From Thermoplasmatota archaeon (lineage in GTDB: Archaea > Thermoplasmatota > E2 > DHVEG-1), in assembly GCA_036626215.1 (NCBI GenBank), contig JAZKSG010000001.1, positions 5,634 through 69,633 of the forward strand: DNA of 64,000 nucleotides, given 5' to 3'. The notes beneath the pieces are model-generated. The model did not search any database. It worked only from the letters and a program-made list of their open reading frames with translations, and was not told where the DNA came from. The translations under genes were made by a program, and so were the position numbers. Below, piece by piece: positions 61,201-64,000 of this stretch (its first letter is position 1; every line of letters starts with the position of its first letter).

Positions 61201-61444
61201 TTTAATCGTACATTTCTCAGGAAACGAAGAACAAAAAGAGAAACTTTTAGCTTGGTTTGACAAATGGAATAAAAAACTAGAAAAAGAAAACCAAGAAAGA
61301 ACAGGTATGAAAACCAAAGATATGTTAGATGTACACATAATTACAGATGAAGACATAAAAAACAAAACTTCTTGGGCGACACATATAACATCAAGATACA
61401 AATCAGTTAGAGAGATACCAATAAAAAAGGATGAAAAGAATTAA
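58250..61444 (+). CDS. Multidomain protein: N-terminal sensor-like domain + PPDK_N ATP-grasp domain + conserved C-terminal module + Pol-beta-type nucleotidyltransferase domain
   Basis: 1064 aa. Paralog of 55236-58229 across the ATP-grasp (GAGKLGGKTSGVYLA, IIVRSSSLLEDSFGAAFSG, VLIQEVVG, VEFASDGEKLYFLQCRP) and the C-module (GPGRWGSRGDIKLGVPVKYGDI...SFGTHFFQD). C-terminus YLVGSTKDGSAGPGSDIDLIVHF matches the GS-x(9-13)-DxD nucleotidyltransferase signature. Confidence 0.55.
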   Translation: MNDRNKEFENIKNKLDKQVPEALQERVKELNCLYGLTNIVKDKSLSKDEALQKIVDLIPPSWQYPDITCARIKLKDEGVYKTDNFRETKWSQISNIFSDDKKIGTLEVYYLEEKPKLDEGPFLKEERWLIDAIADLIGKYIGEIQIKEELKQHKEKLDQVEKTGQKFEEAEITDKKHDWEVIIDLLIKTDPRMLLRITRKMVYHLYRFENEKINNLLSTVCPVDRDSSSTQWCGINMPNPRQNIESLKRVQQQVFELAKECFTPEELSRLFHYYIKQDKVRPLLLTSQKHGVPLVEITNELIRFFDKADEEIEISPEDRLSITTALIRRFFTDRLDYVNVAKQFINVEDFIPLLKHVVGPAQGAGKLGGKTSGVYLAEKIIKEEMETKDVLSDIAFPRSWYLTSDAIHNFIHYNDLDEVFHHKYLDPEEIRQEQVFLEQIFKNAVFPPEIVENLRKIIHDIDDKPIIVRSSSLLEDSFGAAFSGKYKSLFVPNTGSEEERLYALMDAIAEVYASTFGPDPIEYRRERGLLDFSEEMGVLIQEVVGIKVGKYYMPMFGGVAFSRNEFRWSPRIRREDGVIRLVPGLGTRAVDRVSNDYPILVSPSRPELQVNTLVEERIRYSPHYMDVINLESGAIETIDAIELFKQHPDEFPKLNQIISINKDGRLAKPSGLLLNPEEEDMVVTFSNLFDKTDFLEKIETLLDILEENIGTPVDVEFASDGEKLYFLQCRPQSQSLDIERVPIPKNIPDKRKLFSSDKYVTTAQIENIEYIVYVKPEGYANLQDREEMQKIATIVNRLNAKLPKRKFILMGPGRWGSRGDIKLGVPVKYGDINNTSLLVEVAREKGDYTPELSFGTHFFQDLVEADIKYLPLYPDHPNNLFNEKLLLDAENKLSEITPSFKDYEEVVKIVKVSDLVDGGTLSVIMDGEAGKALAFLKPPDHWSWRMQQVKKIADDLDPEVYSIDSLYLVGSTKDGSAGPGSDIDLIVHFSGNEEQKEKLLAWFDKWNKKLEKENQERTGMKTKDMLDVHIITDEDIKNKTSWATHITSRYKSVREIPIKKDEKN

Positions 61445-62295
61445 AGAGCTTTCTCCACCCTTTTTGCATCCTTGATATCGTCTGTATCGAACATTATAAA
61501 ACAGGCTTTACTTTTTTTGCATGCTCCGTTGAAAGAAAAAGCATCACCAATTCTCTGTTTCCACCTTCCAGTCATATCGGTTGATTCATGGACATGTCCA
61601 TGTAGTGTTAGAAGAGGCTGTTTTTTCTTGATAAAACGTTTTATGGCTATACTTCCAACGTGTACATCAACTGGTGCATGATCTACTTTTTTACCATCTA
61701 GATCTGCTCTATCAAGATAGGTTTGATAGGGAGGTGAATGAAATAAGAATATTGTTTTGTCTAACGGAGAGTTTTGAGAAATTTTCTCTAAATCTTTTTT
61801 TATAGTTGAATATCTTTTTTTATCAGAGGAAATCGACACAGTCCGTTTTCCCTCCTCAGGAGAAATAGCACCTACATCTACATGGCGCGACACATCATAT
61901 TTCTCCCAGTCTTTCAGACGGAAAGGAGTAGGAGGCACAAAAGAATAACCAGTTATATACAAACCATTGTGTCTAACCGTTTTTTCATTAACGTATTCTA
62001 TTAAACCATCATTATGAGCTTTTTTGAATACTTTTTCATATATGCGAGGGTCATCATTCCCCATAATCAAAAAAAATTTTATCCTGTTTTTACAGTTTTT
62101 TTTACATTCTCTAATTTTATCAAAAATATGTTTCTCTATAAACTCTTCCATGGTCATATTTTTAGGAGGTTTTAGAGGTAGAAGGTCGCCACCTAAAAAA
62201 ACACCATCTGGAGCATTTTTTATTATTTCTTGAAAAAAAACATTATATTTTTTTTGCTTTCCATGAAAATCTGTTGCAAATATGTATTTCAACAA
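61441..62295 (-). CDS. Calcineurin-like metallophosphoesterase
   Basis: 284 aa. ATDFHG, GGDLL, IMGNDD (GNHD-like), HSPP, and GHVHE motifs in canonical order. Its stop overlaps the stop of the convergent upstream gene (shared TTAA). Confidence 0.7.
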   Translation of the reverse strand: MLKYIFATDFHGKQKKYNVFFQEIIKNAPDGVFLGGDLLPLKPPKNMTMEEFIEKHIFDKIRECKKNCKNRIKFFLIMGNDDPRIYEKVFKKAHNDGLIEYVNEKTVRHNGLYITGYSFVPPTPFRLKDWEKYDVSRHVDVGAISPEEGKRTVSISSDKKRYSTIKKDLEKISQNSPLDKTIFLFHSPPYQTYLDRADLDGKKVDHAPVDVHVGSIAIKRFIKKKQPLLTLHGHVHESTDMTGRWKQRIGDAFSFNGACKKSKACFIMFDTDDIKDAKRVEKAL

Positions 62296-62434
62296 TATAA
62301 CCTCATCTAATTTCTATGGTTTCTCTCTATGTTTTATGGATAAAGAGATACATAGATAAAAGTTACCGGTTTTTTTACAAAAGCTTTATATCTATAGAAT
62401 TGAATCTTGAGGTATATCGGAAATAATATTTGAT

Positions 62435-63715
62435 TTGTATGGGGGAATTAGTATAGCGCAGACTTTTTATGAAAGTGTTTTAGAGCAGATTGACTCAATC
62501 GCTGAGAGAACGGATTTAGATAAAGGCATACATAAAAAAATCCGTCAACCTGAACGCGAGTTGACAGTTAGCATCCCGATTGAAACCGATGAAGGCGAAA
62601 TAGATGTTTTCACAGGTTACAGGGTACAGCATTCTAGTGCACGTGGGCCTTGTAAAGGAGGGATACGTTATCATCAGGATACTAACTTGGATGAAGTTAA
62701 AGCTTTAGCTACGTTGATGTCTTTGAAATGTGCTGTTGCAAATGTTCCTTATGGCGGAGCAAAAGGCGGTGTTACATGTGATCCTTCAAATTTATCAAAA
62801 AAAGAGATTCAACGTTTAACTAAACGTTATGCTACTGCGATATTGCCCATCATTGGTCCTCGTGCTGATATTCCGGCACCAGATGTTAACACTAATGCTG
62901 AAACCATGGGTTGGATTATGGATGCTATAAGTATGCATAGAGGCTCTACAGTTCTGGATATTGTTACAGGCAAACCTATTGATTTAGGAGGGTCTCTTGG
63001 CCGTAATGAGGCCACAGGGCGAGGCGTCATGCTTAACACCATGGAGATGTTAGATAAATTAAATAAAAACCCTAAGGAAACGAGTGTTGCTGTTCAAGGT
63101 TTTGGTAACGTAGGATCTATTGGTTCTGCTTTGCTTTATGGTGAAGACTGTCAAATCAATGCGGTTAGCGACGTCTCTGGCGGGTTGCACAATCCTAATG
63201 GTTTAGATATCCCTGATTTAATCAGATACATTAATTCTCAGCCTCGTCTGCCTCTATTAAAAAACTATGATCATGGTAAAAATGATGAGTTTATTTCTAA
63301 TGAGGAGCTTTTAGAGTTGGATGTGGATGTTTTGATACCTGCAGCTCTTGAAAACCAGATTCATAGCGATAATGCAGACGATATAAAAGCAGATATCATT
63401 GTTGAAGGTGCAAATGGGCCAGTTACTAAACAAGCTGATGAGATACTAAATGAAAAAGATGTTTATGTAGTTCCAGATATACTTGCTAACAGTGGAGGAG
63501 TAATAGTATCCTATTTTGAATGGGTACAAAGCATACAGTCATTTTTCTGGGATATCGACGAGGTAAACAAAAACCTTAGAGATATTATGTTAAAAAGTTT
63601 TGCAGATGTATGGAGCATCTCTCAAAAAGAAAAATCGTCTCTAAGAGATGCAGCTTTTATCGATGCCATACAGAAAATTTCGAGAGCTATAGAACTCAGA
63701 GGTATTTTTCCATAA
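62435..63715 (+). CDS. gdhA: Glutamate dehydrogenase, paralog 3
   Basis: 426 aa. GYRVQHSSARGPCKGGIRYH, VPYGGAKGGV, QGFGNVGS. Confidence 0.9.
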   Translation: MYGGISIAQTFYESVLEQIDSIAERTDLDKGIHKKIRQPERELTVSIPIETDEGEIDVFTGYRVQHSSARGPCKGGIRYHQDTNLDEVKALATLMSLKCAVANVPYGGAKGGVTCDPSNLSKKEIQRLTKRYATAILPIIGPRADIPAPDVNTNAETMGWIMDAISMHRGSTVLDIVTGKPIDLGGSLGRNEATGRGVMLNTMEMLDKLNKNPKETSVAVQGFGNVGSIGSALLYGEDCQINAVSDVSGGLHNPNGLDIPDLIRYINSQPRLPLLKNYDHGKNDEFISNEELLELDVDVLIPAALENQIHSDNADDIKADIIVEGANGPVTKQADEILNEKDVYVVPDILANSGGVIVSYFEWVQSIQSFFWDIDEVNKNLRDIMLKSFADVWSISQKEKSSLRDAAFIDAIQKISRAIELRGIFP

Positions 63716-63821
63716 AAAAACTTACATTTTTTACAGGTTTTTTACATTCACGACATAAAGTTTTAAAAAACCCTCTTGTTTCAGGTTATCTGTCAAAAAA
63801 ATTTGTTTTGATGTGTTTCAC

Positions 63822-64000
63822 ATGTATGAGATTGTTGATAAAAAGACATTGTCAGAAAACGTTAAGCAGATGAAAATAAAGGCGCCTATGGTGGCTCGGA
63901 AGGCTAAACCCGGGCAGTTTATCATCTTACGTATCGATGAAAAAGGGGAGCGTATCCCTCTTACGATTGCAGATTATGATGAGGATAGAGGCACCATAAC
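63822..64000 (+). CDS. FAD/NAD(P)-binding oxidoreductase subunit (PyrK/GltD-small-subunit/sulfide-dehydrogenase-beta-like), 5' partial
   Basis: MYEIVDKKTLSENVKQMKIKAPMVARKAKPGQFIILRIDEKGERIPLTIADYDEDRGTI is the typical N-terminus of ferredoxin-NADP-reductase-like electron-transfer subunits. Truncated by the window end. Confidence 0.5.
   Translation, partial: MYEIVDKKTLSENVKQMKIKAPMVARKAKPGQFIILRIDEKGERIPLTIADYDEDRGTI

Noticed and set aside
61129-61401. 90-aa minus-strand ORF within the 3' end of the NTase-fusion gene
   Set aside because: It is antisense to the region encoding the GS...DxD nucleotidyltransferase motif. No independent support.
55236-61444. Possibility that the two PPDK_N-domain giants are bona fide PEP synthase / pyruvate-phosphate dikinase isozymes
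   Set aside because: Both lack the GGRTCHAAI phosphohistidine swivel motif and the C-terminal PEP-utilising TIM-barrel motifs (e.g. IGSNDLTQ). Both motifs are clearly present in the genuine ppsA at 32980-35373 in this same window.
1-64000. Scan of all intergenic regions (>60 bp) for tRNA-like GC-rich ~75-nt segments, rRNA, and CRISPR repeat-spacer periodicity
   Set aside because: All intergenic regions are AT-rich with no cloverleaf-compatible GC stems and no regularly spaced direct repeats. No RNA genes or CRISPR arrays are called.

Overview
Low-GC (~35%) archaeal chromosomal segment, almost certainly euryarchaeal. The lineage is supported by ether-lipid genes (GGGP synthase, two geranylgeranyl reductases), AglB/STT3, Orc1/Cdc6, Cdc48, NucS, Pth2, PdaD and a split GMP synthase. 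I could support about 60 protein-coding genes. I found no tRNA, rRNA, CRISPR array or transposon.

Main points:
(1) 600-3360: a NifX-like x2 / Mrp-NBP35 / DUF5320 x2 / DUF134 cluster encoding Arg/Gly-rich disordered small proteins.
(2) 3502-4266: an exonuclease III gene broken by a +1 frameshift in an A7 tract.
(3) 17347-21612: a 1421-aa AglB whose C-terminus carries four Cna-B/CarboxypepD_reg-like repeats.
(4) 41757-42291: a textbook oriC with inverted ORB elements immediately upstream of orc1/cdc6.
(5) ~49.7-63.7 kb: a nitrogen-assimilation island containing glnA and three gdh paralogs, with a tandem Lrp-like regulator and two giant paralogous signalling-type proteins embedded in it. These proteins are built on the PEP-synthase N-terminal ATP-grasp domain (PPDK_N). 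One is fused to receiver-like domains. The other is fused to a sensor-like N-terminus and a Pol-beta-type nucleotidyltransferase. I consider this the best candidate for an undescribed regulatory system in the window.

All protein calls rest on motif recognition by eye, without database searches.
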